Source: Botryllus schlosseri
Lineage: Eukaryota
Length of the DNA stretch: 64,000 nt
Assembly: GCA_051294905.1 (NCBI GenBank)
Contig: CM119372.1
Span: 32,056,001-32,120,000, forward strand
Direction: 5' to 3'
Part shown: piece after piece, positions 35,331-48,102 of the stretch
Position numbering within the stretch: the first letter of the stretch is position 1
How the letters are laid out: every line of letters starts with the position of its first letter
Notes under the pieces: generated by a model
What the model saw: the letters and a program-made list of their open reading frames with translations, nothing else
The model's database searches: none
What the model was told of the DNA's origin: nothing
Program-made: the position numbers and the translations under genes

Positions 35331-35430
35331 NNNNNNNNNNNNNNNNNNNNNNNNNNNNNNNNNNNNNNNNNNNNNNNNNNNNNNNNNNNNNNNNNNNNNN
35401 NNNNNNNNNNNNNNNNNNNNNNNNNNNNNN
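35331..35430. other. Assembly gap (100 N)
   Basis: Run of exactly 100 n. Confidence 1.
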
Positions 35431-36100
35431 TCTACTTGTGGGATAGCCGTGCGCGCACTAATCACTGGCTGAAGAAAGGGTGGCCACCTAGAGATTCCAT
35501 GAGAGTAGGTGAAGCTAACATCATAAATGGACCTTCAGTTGATAGAGAGAAGATCATCATACCACCGCTGCACATAAAACTTGGCTTGATGAAGCAATTT
35601 GTGAAAGCATTGCCTACAACTGGGGATTGCTTCAACTATACTTGCAAAATATTTCCTGCTTTGACCATAAGAAGCAGGTATTTTTGATATCCCTCAGATT
35701 CGCAATCTCATAAAAGTCGTGTCTTTTGCGCAGACCATGTCTTACATAGAGTCTGCTGCTTAGCAATCGTTTGTTTTGGTCACACGGAACTTTCTTGGTA
35801 GCCGAAAAGCTGAAAATTACCAAGAGTTGGTCGAAGATATGCTTTCCGTCTTGAAAGATTCAGTTGTGAATATGAGTATCAAGGTTCACTATCTCTTCAG
35901 CCACCTAGATGGTTTTCCTGCAAACCTTGGTGTCTAAGTAAATAGCAGTGATAAAGATTCCACCAGGGCATTAAGGTCATGGAAGAGAGGTATCAGGGCA
36001 GGTGGGATGCAAATATGATGGCCGACTAGTGTCGGAGTCTCCAACGTGACTGCTTGCCTCTGCGTCATATTCCAGAAATTCGTACAAAGGAATATTTGTA
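35431..36100 (+). pseudogene. C-terminal part of a Chapaev3-like transposase
   Basis: YLWDSRARTNHW...KIIIPPLHIKLGLMKQFVKAL...MSIKVHYLFSHLDGFPANLG...RFHQGIKVMEERYQGRWDANMMAD, with stops and frameshifts; begins where 23103-23835 breaks off. Confidence 0.8.
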
Positions 36101-36359
36101 AACATTGACTAATTTCTTTTGTATTAGAGTTCAGGTATGTAGTGGAAGTCGGCAAACTCCACACTATCCACAGGTATTCCGGAAAAGTAGAAGTACTTCG
36201 TTACAGACCACACATATATATATAATAAACGAAGAAATAACGAACATAATCATTAACTTGAGTCTTGGCATTGCGCCAAGGTTTACCATGGCTTAATTGG
36301 TTCGCAATTTATAGTGAATAAGCTTGCGACATGATGTCCAATCAACGGTACCAAAACTT

Positions 36360-36840
36360 CATTTCACTTTCATTTCGTAAATGTGTTTTGCTGAAAACCG
36401 ACAAAATATTCAGGTAATAATTACTGTTCCAGGAATATTGATAAATCGTGACATCGCAGTTATTAAATTCTACATTTCGCTCATACGGAACAGCACTACG
36501 CATATACTTAACAATTTCAAAATTGTACAGAATACAGATCTCTGTGATTAAAACATTTCAATTTGTCTGTACTGAGAAAAACAGGGTAAAAAATATTCCA
36601 AAACATGGAACGTGCTCGATAATAAGTATCGTCGTTTCAGTTTCATTTCATCGACCCATTATTTTCCAAGTCACGGGTTTAAGTGAGGCATGTTTAACCG
36701 AGAGTATATCGCGGTGTAACATATGAGAACTCTGCTACAAACTGGTCAATACCAGATCTCCAGTTATGTGTATGATCCCGACATTTCCCCGTGGTGTGCA
36801 GATCAATCTGGTTTCGCAACGACCGAAGACATTCACATTT
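36360..36840 (+). repeat. Dispersed ~470-bp repeat, diverged copy of 22645-23100
   Basis: Colinear blocks TCATTTCGTAAATGT...GGAACAGCACTACGCATA...TGTGTATGATCCC...ACATTCACAT. Confidence 0.7.
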
Positions 36841-36982
36841 TATTGCTGTGTAGCCTACTTCCTATACATAGTAATCCCGAGAATATAGTATTATAAAGCC
36901 CGCTGCACACTGACCTCGCGACGCAACATTGCGAGTTGCGCGTTGTGAGTTGCGAGTCGTAAGTCGCGACGCAATGCACACT

Positions 36983-38760
36983 TTAGGGTTATGACTAGAA
37001 GAAAAAAAATTCGAAATTTTGTGTGTCCTGTGGTCACAAACAATGAACTTTTGTGTCCTGAGTTCAAAATTAATAAAAGTTAGGACTGGTTAAATAAAAA
37101 CCTCCCGCAAATTTTTTTTCCAGTTTTCACTGTATGAAGGATAGGCTTTTTTTTGTAAATACAGACTATATAATATATATAACGACTGATTTGAATTTAA
37201 CTGACACAATTCTAATTGCGAAGATTTAGAATAGTATTTTGGTAAATTGTTATTGCCCAGATTGAATTATTTCGATCGTTTTCTTGCTTACAGTAAAAAT
37301 TAAATAATTAATATATAATGATTAATTTCGATTTTCGATGTAGACTGTATATATCGTATAATTTCAATTTTTCTGACACAAATCGAACTGGTTGTCCGAA
37401 AAGGCGAAACTAGAACAACTCAACATATTTTCAGCGGTAGGAAACCGATTAGAGGAATATGATGAAATTTGAAAATGTCATATCATATGTGACTCAGCAT
37501 CTGTTGATACTGGGCGGCGGAATGGCGTTGTTGTGAAACTGCAAAATGCAATGATGAGCAAGGGTTTTCATAAACCACAATACATTGGTTGCCAACATAA
37601 TATTATCGATTCTTAAAGCATATATCAGAGTTCTTCAATCCAACATCCTCAACAAATCCAACTCTCAGCTACAAATTTGGAGATGGATATGGTAAAACAC
37701 CATGAAAACTTTGTACAATCCACCAAGCCAGAATTTCAAATGAAAATATTAGAAAACCGAGTATGGAGGGAAGATTTTAAGTTTATCTATGTGCTGTGCA
37801 GAGCATTAGATTACCACTAATCAAATGGCATAAACTTCCATCTCTACGCAATGCGAGATGAAGCTCAAGGGCTATAATTCCGTACTTCCAAGTCCCCAGA
37901 TGAAGAATAACTCTTGAGACATCATGCTTATTCATCGCAAATGCGTGTCAGGAGGCCTGGTATTCTAACCAGATGTCTATAGACAGAATATACTGGAGCC
38001 CGACCGATTATCGGTTCGCCGATAATATCGGGACGTTATCACACTTTGAAAGAATTATCGGTAATTTTCGTGACGTCACAACATGGCAGTGGGAAGTCAG
38101 AAAACTATATTATTTGACCGCTAGACTGAGAATATTGATGTATTTCATATAGCTTACACTTTACAGGTGTCCAGATACAGCCTTTCTATAAACTATAGTT
38201 TATTTCATGTTCAAGTATAACAATGGCTGTAAAGATGTTCAAATAAATGCCCTGAAGATTTGAAAATGTGCTTATGTATCCATCCAACTTCTTTTGAATA
38301 TCGGCTGAATGTATTGGGGTTATCGGTCAAGGTGTGAGATATCGGTATGGACCCAAAAATCCAATATCGGTCGAGCTCTAGAATATACCAAAGATTATTT
38401 GCTGATATCTTTGCGGTCGAATGTCCTGCAGTGATAAAGTACCTCAAAACCCCATTGGAAGTCGGATATTTCCGTCGTAGATGTCCCTCGCACTAACATA
38501 ATAACAGAAAGGGAAGTCAAATTGATGGAAGAACTTTACAAGAAGTGCAAAAGGACATATATTTGAAGATTAAATTTGTAGCAAAGAACATCTTTGAATT
38601 TTAAATTTTTTCTATATTTGGACCAGTGTCGAAAATTGAAGTTAATTTGTGCGGGACATTTTTTTCGATTTGAACAAAATGATTATAATTTTATTAATTT
38701 ATACCAAAATGTTCATCAATTCCTGCTACAGGCAAAATATTTTTTTAGTCATAACCCTAA
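36983..38760 (+). mobile_element. Decayed hAT (hATm-like) element nested in the Harbinger
   Basis: TIR TTAGGGTTATGACTA; perfect TSD TGCACACT; transposase remnant IICDSASVDTGRRNGVV...PQYIGCQH at about 37480-37610. Confidence 0.8.
37994..38380. mobile_element. hAT-type MITE (third nesting level)
   Basis: TIR T(G/A)GAGC(C/T)CGACCGAT; perfect TSD GAATATAC. Confidence 0.85.
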
Positions 38761-40029
38761 TGCACACTGGTCCCGGCAGTGCCCACAAGCGGTGACTACA
38801 GCTCTCGCGCGTTCTATCCGAAGGCTCAAAATGGATACACATTGCACAGCTCCTGATAGACCGCAAAATGAATCTTTTGATGGGTACATGGTTTTGTCAA
38901 TGAATAAGGTGACGTCTTATATGCACACACTTTTCCATTAACGAACCGATATCATATTTCAATGCTGAAAACGCAGAATCTGCGTGACCCAGTCATAGGC
39001 GCTATTTCCGGTTGCTGATCCAAGTTTCTGGAGTTCTAGATGTAGCCTACTATGCTACGCACACCAAGCCTTTCTGTATTCCATCGCCTCAGTGACTGCA
39101 TCAACTGTCAAGCACTCATACACCAATTTCTCCATATGATAGAGAACAACATTCAAATGCATTATAATTTTATTGTAAATGAATTAAGCCTTAACAATAT
39201 TCAAATATACCTCTGGGATTGTTTCCTTTTTAATCTTCGATTCGCCCTCAGGTATCAAGCATTGAAATTGATCCCTGGGTCTGGTTGATTTTCTAGTTTT
39301 AGCTCTCGGGAGCCTCAATAATGATGCATATTCCATTTTTGACTTTTATAATAATCGCCACTACATTTCGTACCGAAATCTGATAAAGAGGAAAATAGAC
39401 GAAATCTAACATCAAGAATTACACTGGTGCTACCTAACCTAGTCAACAATAAGATTTTCAGACGTCGTACACCGAGATGTACCGGTATCGGAAATATATA
39501 TCAGTGAACCCATGACATATCTCGATTAAAAGTAACTGCTTAACCCAGTTTCCAACCAATGTACAGTTGTACACTGTACAGGTTAAAATGGAACAGACAA
39601 GGCATAATAATTCCACTGGTAGACATACAAAGACTTCCGCGGTATCGGTACTCCCGGTACTGGTTTGTCTTTGTTAATTACCAAGTACCGTTACTGCTTA
39701 CAGTAGAATGCGTTCTTGCAGTTAAGCTTCAAGTTTTAAAATGGCCCCAAATCAGTCCAAATCCAATGAGGAAACAATTATAGATACCAAAACACGCAAT
39801 ACTCGGACAAACTATGACGGCGACATAGAGCTAACGATCAGTAACTGCTGACAAGTTGCTAGCAACTCGCGAAAAAGTTGCCGAGTTGCGCAACCCTGTC
39901 TCAGACGGCAAGTTGCCGGCAACTCCGGTCTGCATGGCCCCATCGTAGACAGGCGCGATTCTCTCGTTTTATCGGGTCGCGAGCTCAGTGTGCAGCGGGC
40001 TTAACTGAGAAGATCGTTTGAACGAGTGG

Positions 40030-40170
40030 GGCGAAAACCACGGGCATAACTCCAATTACAAAAATCTCTCAAAACGCTAATGTAGTACTATAGCAGCGGT
40101 GGGATTCGAAGTCAGGCCAGCGAAATGAGTTGCGACTGAAATCAGCAACTTGGACCGCTACGTCCGCTGT
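40030..40170 (-). mobile_element. tRNA-Leu-derived SINE or pseudo-tRNA remnant
   Basis: Minus strand ...GCGGTCCAAG...TTCGAATCCCACCGCTGCTA. Confidence 0.5.
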
Positions 40171-41106
40171 CACAGATCGGGCAAGTTTACCTGACCCTAA
40201 TTGCACGAATATACCGATTCTTGATAATAAATCAAGGGGTTTCAGGATGTGACCATAGCAATCAAGATTATATTACCGTTAGCATTTGGTATGTGAATAT
40301 GGATAGGCTATTCTGATTTGACTGAATCTGAGAGGAAACTAGGCTATTTTTGTATTTGGCTACGAAATTAATTGGTGTAAACGGAGAGAATTGATGACCA
40401 AATTCATTTACATTTGTCAACAATACAATCTCACTTCAGTAGTATATGTTTGTGTAAACAAGCACATCCATCGCATTACCATGCAAATATAAATAATTTT
40501 GAAGTAACTTTTTTAACTGTTTATTCCGCGTGTTCGTGAATCGCCTACTTACTGGAAGTTGTTCGCTGCGGAAAGAGTATTTTTAGTTGTAGATCCTAAT
40601 TTTATCAAAGACAGCGACGAAATGAATCCTTGAGCATGATTTGATCATCCCGTTGGGTAGGGGTAGGGGGAGGGAAACACCGGCGTTTTCAGTGGTGGTT
40701 CTGTTCCCGTCAATCTGGTAGATAAAAAGTGGACCCTGTTCATGGAGCGATATCATAAAACCACCTTTGTTGCAGTTGGTGGGCTGATATTCTACTAATA
40801 AATTTGAATACATTTGATTCAACACAGGACTAGCAATGACTTATTTCTATCATACATGTATGACAGTGCCGGGATTCATAAGTATCACTGCTTTTCAAAT
40901 AGCCGTTACTTCAAATTATTAACCGTATGTGCAATGTACTGAAGATATTAAACACAGACTTCAGATTGTGTAAAAGTGTTGGATGTTTATCCAGGCTCTT
41001 CGCCGCCATCCGATCCATATAAAGCGGTGTATTACAAAAATCGAGCTAGAACAAAAGTTACTAATGAAATAAGACCGGGTTGGTGTAAATCGGCATTGAT
41101 GTAGAC

Positions 41107-41865
41107 CAGGTGCGGGCAACTACTCCAGTCGGTGGGCCTCATATGAGAAAATGAATTACTTGGTGGGCCAGATTACTGAATCGATAAATTAATCTCATTT
41201 CTATCCACCTATATACAAGGAGTAAATCGTATATAGTTCAAAGTTTACGCAGAGAGACCAATACATGTATGTAATGAACTTAATAACGTAATGTACTCCA
41301 ATAGCTGTTGAAGTCAAAGACACATCTGTGGTCGATCAAAGTTGTCAACAACTTCTTTAAACACTGGCTGCATGTCGTACACAGAAACGCTCAGGAAAAA
41401 CTGCACGTGAAAATCAGTAAGGTTGGAACGCAGCTTTGTCTTGTTAACGTTCATGGCCGAAAATGCTTGCAAATGTAAATGCAGTTGTAGACTCAAACAG
41501 AGCGAGTAGTTTAGTGGCCATCTTTCGCAGGTTAGAAAACTTGGATTCATTCAGTTACGATAACTAATAATCACTATTATATGTGTCCTTTCCGACTTCA
41601 AATAATATACTAATCAGCCCAAATGTCCCTTTGATACATTTTTAAGGCTTGAGACAAGGCATGCGACTGAAGAAAAAAAGGATAGACGCTTTGTGACGCA
41701 ACAGAACATGCTTGTCACGTGAGTAAAAAGGTAGAGCAAAGAATCGAAAAACACAAAGAAGGCAAATAACCATTATTATCATGAAATACCGGAAACTGTC
41801 TGCAGGCTGCTCAAATTCCCGTCGTGGCCAGACTCGGCCCGCGGGTGGTATGTTGCCCGCTCGTG
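41107..41865. mobile_element. Non-autonomous hAT element inserted in a SINE tail
   Basis: GCGGGCAAC / GTTGCCCGC termini; TSD ATGTAGAC / ATGTATAC. Confidence 0.7.
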
Positions 41866-42071
41866 ATGTATACGAAAAACAACAATCTATATTAGAAGAT
41901 ATTTGGTAAAAGGAAATCTGATTAATTTAAATTCATTAACTTTCCTTGCTGAATACTGATTTTTCAAATGCATAATGTGATTGCTGCATTTGGTCATTGT
42001 ATTCTATTCGGTCTATACCACAATACTCCTATGCCAAACAATGTGGAGGAAATTAAGCAACGCAGCGATAT

Positions 42072-42210
42072 GCAAGCGTGGCCGAGCGTTCCAAGGCGCT
42101 GGTTAAATGCTCCAGTCATTTCGAATCTCACCGCTGCCAAAGATTTCCCGTAATTTTATAATTCGATCACCATATCACAAAGATTTTATGGTCGTTTCCG
42201 GGACTTCGTA
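42072..42210 (+). mobile_element. tRNA-Leu-derived SINE or pseudo-tRNA
   Basis: AGCGTGGCCGAGCGTTCCAAGGCGCTGGTTAAATGCTCCAGTC...TTCGAATCTCACCGCTGCCA matches tRNA-Leu with the variable arm and part of the T stem deleted. Confidence 0.65.
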
Positions 42211-42317
42211 GCTGCACTGCAATTGATTTAATTTTCCTAACTATTCTAACAAGGTCATGATGAATGTAATAGTTATAGACATGACTAAAATATTGGGCGA
42301 CATATCGTATCGTAACC

Positions 42318-42520
42318 AGGGCTGTGTAGTCGGCAAATTTTACCACTGACTCTGACTACGTCTCCAACTCCATACATTTTCATTATACCGACTTCAACTC
42401 CGACTCCGACTCCACACATTTTCAATATTCCGACTCCGACTCCGACTCCTGAGTCTTTAAACGTACCGATTGCAACTCCGGCTCCGACTATTTTTTCAAG
42501 TGAACTCCGACTCCAACAGT
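42318..42520 (+). repeat. (CCGACT)n subterminal array of a hAT-type MITE end
   Basis: CAGGGCTGTGTAGTCGG followed by many CTCCGA hexamers; complementary GGAGTCG motifs near 45728-45790. Confidence 0.6.
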
Positions 42521-43751
42521 ATTACCACTTTACTTCGAAAATTATATGCCACTATGACGTTTAAATGACTATCATATAACCATTAGACTTATACAAACAT
42601 ATGATTAACGATGGCATGCAAAATTGTTTCGTTGTGGCACTGCTCGAATTATTCACTATGCAATTAAAATGAAAGAATGCCTTTCTAAATATCCTTCATT
42701 TTTTCATATTTTATAAGTTTTTATAAATTACACTATCTAATATCCTAATATGTAAGAATCATTCAAACATGACATATATCCAATCCTGTATAATTAAAAT
42801 GCAGATAAAACAATCGGAGTGTAGCTTCTTGTGTATGAGTCAGTAACTAATACAGAGATGTAACTTACAAATTTTCTCACCACACACTGTAATGATTACA
42901 AGCGCACACTCTCACTACTAATAAACATTGACCAGAAACGAAATTAACGAGTGAAATAGCATATGTCTAGTCTATGCACTTACTCCAGTATTCGAGGACT
43001 AGGACATGCAGTCTTTCTGAATCATTTGTTCGACCCAAGCGACTGAAGCTACACTGGGAATATTTTAAATTTCGTCACGTGGAAGCAGCGTTTGGTTATA
43101 ATTACATCAATTTTACCAAACGAGACGATGTATTTACTAGGGATGGTACGAACCCCCGAAAGGTTCAGGTTCGTGTGAACGCGAACCTTTTTGAAAGGTG
43201 TGAAAGCGTACGTGAACCTTAAGGCCTAGCCAGACAGGACGCGTAGAGCCTAAAGCGTAGCGGTTTGCGCACCGCAGCGTATTGCCTAAAGGGTGTCGGT
43301 TTTACGCTTTCCGCTTCATTGGTGTGTATCGCAACGTCAGCTCATTATCGGACCAGCTCAACTCCCGAAATACAGTTTTTCTTTCATATTTTGCGTTTGT
43401 GTACTAATAAAAAGGTCGTCGCTTACGTTTGAAATCACGAATTTCCTGTTTAGCGGCATTTATGACCATTTTGACTCGAAACTATCCATTATCTTAACTC
43501 TAAAAGCTGTAAAGGAGGAAAAATTGCCAAAAAGGAGGACATTTAAGGGAAGGACATTTATAAAAACCTCAAAAGGTTGGAAAAATACTCCTAAAGGAGC
43601 ACGTATGGTAATCCTATCGTAGAAGTGATCAGAGATTTACCTGTGCTAGATCTCACTCCTCAAGATAGGATTTAGAATGATTTCGTTAAAATAACGCAGG
43701 AATTTCTGGGTAACGTGGCGGATTTGTACAAACTACTGGATTTTCGAAAAG

Positions 43752-43970
43752 CGCAACTACAACTAGAACTAGAACTACTCAAATTTTAAAACTCGCAACT
43801 ATAACTAGAACTAGAACTACCTAATTTTCAAAATCCGCAACCTGAATTAGAACTAGAACTACCCAATTTTTAAAATCCGCAACTATACATAGAACTAGTC
43901 ACTTTTAAAAATCCGCAACTAGAACTAGAACTAACTACCTTTGAAAATCCGCAACTAAAACACAACTATT
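43752..43970. repeat. Minisatellite, ~40-45-bp unit (CGCAACTAGAACTAGAACTAC...TTTTAAAAATC)
   Basis: About six diverged tandem units. Confidence 0.8.
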
Positions 43971-44759
43971 AACTGAATCAGCGTTTTTGACCGGTGTTTC
44001 CGGACGCACAATGAACGTAATATTAAATGTGTAGTTATTGTCTAATGTGGTAGACTTTTGTTTTTTTGACTCACTGAAAATTAGTGGTTCCCCGAAGGCA
44101 TGTAGATTAGCGTCGTGCAGAACTGGGCATTTTACGGCCCGCGGGTCAACTACGGAGCGTGAAAAGTTCCACAAAATCGCTTTGCCAACAATTTCGACGA
44201 GGAATCGGCTATAGACCGGACAGAGGTTTTCTTAAGAGTGAAACTCGGATTTCTATACTTTCACCAGATATTATCCCAAACACAAGTTTTACAGTAACAG
44301 TAGCCAACGCCCCAATCGGACGAATTTTGTGTTTTATGATGCAGTACCGTGATCAAATCAAGATAGATCTCTTACCTCTGATAGACTTTTTACATTAGGC
44401 ACCGATGCGTTCTTTATATCAATTTCGTTGATCTAAATAACTGATTGGTTGTGACTTCTTGTATGCAGTGTGCTTCGTTCTTGCTATTGCTTGATTGCTG
44501 GCAGAGTCACGAGCACGACAGAGATTTACTAAACATTCGCAATCGGAAAGCTGAACATTCCGAGCGAACTGTCGAACAAATAATTTCTTGAAATTGGCAA
44601 GGTGCATGCTCGTAGTGCTGGATTTCTTTTCATGTTTCCAGCACCATGCGGAGTGTGTTCTCAAGTTGAAATGTAAAGAATTCCAACCGAAGACGTTATA
44701 GCAACGTGAAAAATTGTATTACATGAAAAAGGTTCTCAGTGCAGAACCTACACCAAGGT

Positions 44760-45036
44760 AGTGGCGAGATAGCGCAATGGTATGATCCGCGGCTGCAACA
44801 CCAATGGGTTGCGGGTTCGAGTGCGACCGAGGTCGACTTCAGAATTCCTATACCTAATTGTTGGAGGTTTATCTAGACTCCTCCTCACCACCTCATCCGC
44901 GTGAGCGATGTCTTACAAAAAGCCTAGAAGTGGGCCGTGCTATAAGTCGGCAGTTACGGGAAAAAATGAAGGATATCATCCTGGTGTAAATGACCATAGT
45001 AGTCGACCAACACCATGAATACCACAAAACAAAACA
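44760..45036 (+). mobile_element. tRNA-derived SINE (family of 4817-5092)
   Basis: A box TAGCGCAATGG, B box GGTTCGAGTGC, AAAC tail, 15-bp TSD AACCTA(C/T)ACCAAGGT. Confidence 0.85.
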
Positions 45037-46355
45037 AACCTATACCAAGGTTCGTTTGTGGAAGCGAACCTACAAATTCTAGAGGTTCACACACGTAACG
45101 CGAACGTGCACCCCATGTTCAAACCATTATTACCAATAACTTGCAACCTATGCTGGCGAAGACGTAGGCCTATCATCACACATCATATATAGCAGTTGGG
45201 AATATGTCTCTTGATCTCCGCGGAACCCCTGAGACTGGCTCGCGAAATTCCTAGTGTATCATGGAACATGAATTAATAAACACTGTTCTAGAGTCACCGA
45301 CCATTTCTCTGCCCCCCCCCCAAAAAAAACACCCTGAATGTACCAGGTATTCTAATAACAATGTTGCTTTTTTGGATAAATGTTTTCTAGTCAGCGACTT
45401 ATTATCTTCCGCCCGTCTATACCCCGAGTATATTTCATTAGTGTTCCTGTTTTTGGGTTATTTTCATTGCCGAATTGGTCATGGAACGTCAACTGCGTAT
45501 TGATATATGCCGTTCGCTATAGTTAGTCGCTCGTCGGTATCTCGTCATGACACTTTCTTTGTTTGCAATATGGTTGACAGCATTTCCTGACCTTCGCTAA
45601 GCTCGAAAGTGGAATTGATTTGGTTATATCAACGCATTCCTTGAGAAAATACAAAGTTTATAAAGTGTGTAGCTGACTTTCAATACCGAGAGTCGATAGA
45701 AACCGGACTAAAACTTGTTATGACATGGTCGGAGTCGTACCAGAGCCAGATTCAATTTTTAAGAAACGGGACCGGAGTTGGACGGTGCAACCCCCTCAAA
45801 CCGCCATGGAATGTGAAATTTGGCTTTGTTATGTACGGTGACAGCGCAGAAAAACAATAAGCAAGTGAGACATAGGAATACGCCTCACTCATTGTTGGCT
45901 AACAACGATCACAGCGCATACAATGCGCTATCGATTTCGCAAACGGATTGCGTAATGAATAGTGTAGTTGCAGCGGCCATCACGTAGTGGATAGAAAATC
46001 ATTTCCTTACTGATGTTATTTCCATTCACATCACCTACCTTCAATCGTGGACATTATAGTAGAATCTTACGCAGCCTGCACGGGAGGAGTGCGAACGTCA
46101 CGAGAAACAAGTCCTCAACGCAGTCGACTACCATTTTGGGTTGAAAGATTTGTAAATCATACTCTAAACCCGGTCAGTGTCTTACCAACAATGAGCCTCA
46201 CTGCACACCACTGCTAAAGGAACATCAATAAACAATGGAATGCTATTAGTGATCGGTTTACTGGCGACAAAGGCAAGGTGAAGTGATTGAAGGATCACTC
46301 GAAGGAAAGTTCATAAATCAGCACAACATCTCGGTTAAGTTAACAAGACAACCGA

Positions 46356-46726
46356 TTACATATTCACACAGGCGTCCTCCCGCGCCGGGATGCGTTGACC
46401 ACGTTGACCGCGATACACTTTGAGAACGTAAGCCCTTTTATTTACATCTTCCCCAATTCCATACCGCTGAAGGTAATCTTTCACTCTTGGCAGAGCTTTC
46501 ATGTTATGGTAGTGCTCCCTTATATGTTGAAATCTATTGATGAAGCCTGGATGTTTACGTTCATGTAACTCCATCAAATTGAAAAGGATGAAATCGACGT
46601 AACAAGGAAGGCTGGAATCCAGATAATAACGCGAAAATAAATGTGAAGTGATCGTGCGAAAATTACCCTCCAGGACATCTTGGCCTTTTTTTGCATAGAA
46701 GTCGACTCGAGCCTTTTCGAAGGTTT
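46356..46726 (-). CDS. GST-fold gene, last exon (all-helical C-terminal domain)
   Basis: TTCAG acceptor; FEKARVDF...CYVDFILFNLMELHERKHPGFINRFQHIREHYHNMKALPRVKDYL matches the GST C-domain pattern (TxVDF...PxxLxxFP.L..Y...M.ALPxVKxYL). Confidence 0.7.
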
Positions 46727-47794
46727 CTGAAGATAACAATATAGATTGATTTGCCGAAATTGGCGATCATTAGCTGATTCGGTATTCAACTTCGACGTGT
46801 GCATGAAAGTATCACTTCTTACCGTACAGCCTGAAGTAGAACGGATTCGGTTTGGGATATTGGGATATTCAACTTCCCGGCTTACCAGTCAAACACGACC
46901 ACCGTTTCTACTTGCACTACTTACCCACTTGTTTACGTTCAAGACTACATCACTCAATTGGTTATGATTCGACTAGGCCTAGATCTACTACTTAAAACAA
47001 TTCAGCTTTTTAGGAAAGACCAGGCCATAATGCCGAGTGTAAGTTTTCACTTACTTCTACTTGCACTGCAATTGAAAGTCAGGACGTTACTTCTCCTTAC
47101 TATACTACCTATGATGAGTGCTACGTTCTAAACTTACGTCTTAGAATTATTTCATCTGTCATTGCAAACACTAATCAATGTGGTAGGTAGGCCATAAACC
47201 AGCGATTGTAAAAAAGTCTTCGCTAGCGCCCCTTAGGGCGTTAACCTGCAATCTGGAACCTACAACGTACGATTAACTACAAACCGGGCGACTGCGGGCG
47301 TTCAGTAAAATGCGGTGATATGCACTACTGCAATCCGTAAATCGATTGTTTGCGCTTGCGCACCGAGTGAGAACAGATATATGAAGACGTGGTGGTCACG
47401 TCGTTCGCGATCGTACCAGACGCATTCTATTGGATGTCGTTGTCAACGTTTCCGTACATTTTCATTGTTATGCAACAATCAATTTTCTTACCAATCATCA
47501 ATGAATGAACATAAATTATTTGCAAGCGACGTCTATTGACCGTAGGTCCTGAACACCTGTATCGCGAGGATGGGGTTTCAAGTTGGTCAAGTGGTTCCGG
47601 ATTCGTTACCCTGGGCCGACCTGCGCACACAGAGCGTGAGAAACACTGCTACACTATAATCAGACGTATTTTAGTACAGAGCATTAGATGCACTCGAACA
47701 ATACCTAACCATATACATATCAAACATCATACATATATCATCAGCCACGATGTTCTTGGAACAATTGAAAATTGCATGTTACCTTCCAACTCAC

Positions 47795-48102
47795 GCACTT
47801 TTTTGCATTCTGGTAGGTACTCTGGTCGGTAAAAGTCCTAGTTTCGCCGCAACGAAACGATAAATAGGCGAAATGTTTTTCGTCCTGCTTTCTTCATCTT
47901 TGACGTAGGGTAAACGACAAGTTTTACAGGAGCCTTCGTTGTATTTACATCTTATCTCTAAAAAACACCCTCCATCAGACCCGGCACGAGTCGTATCTAC
48001 ATAATAGTGAAGAAATTCACTGGTCGCGCAGACGTACTCGATCATGAGCTCTACGGTGCGCAGCATTTCGTATTGCGACCATGTGGCTAGCTCGAAAATC
48101 AT
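47795..48102 (-). CDS. GST-fold gene, exon 1 (thioredoxin-like N-terminal domain, divergent)
   Basis: MIFELATWSQYEMLRTVELMIEYV...RLPYVKDEE...ISPIYRFVAAKLGL aligns by eye with the Mu-class GST pattern LGYW...IRLLLEY...NLPYLID...SNAILRYIARKHNL; GTGAGT donor at 47794. Confidence 0.65.

Larger units (their letters stand above)
36897..40001. mobile_element. Non-autonomous PIF/Harbinger-type element
   Basis: TIR of about 25 bp AGCCCGCTGCACACTGA.CTCGCGAC; TAA TSD (36894-36896, 40002-40004). Confidence 0.85.
43138..45130 (+). mobile_element. TAGGGATGG-family MITE with several nested insertions
   Basis: Left end TAGGGATGGTACGAAC, right part matches 22200-22441; contains a SINE at 44760-45036 and a minisatellite. 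Confidence 0.65.

Noticed and set aside
40553..40715. Minus-strand exon-like segment with AG and GTAAGT ends
   Set aside because: Stops in all three frames; could be non-coding but there is no other support.
42072..42140. Functional tRNA-Leu gene (also 40090-40165 and 61806-61830)
   Set aside because: Deletions or truncation break the cloverleaf; treated as SINE heads or pseudogenes.
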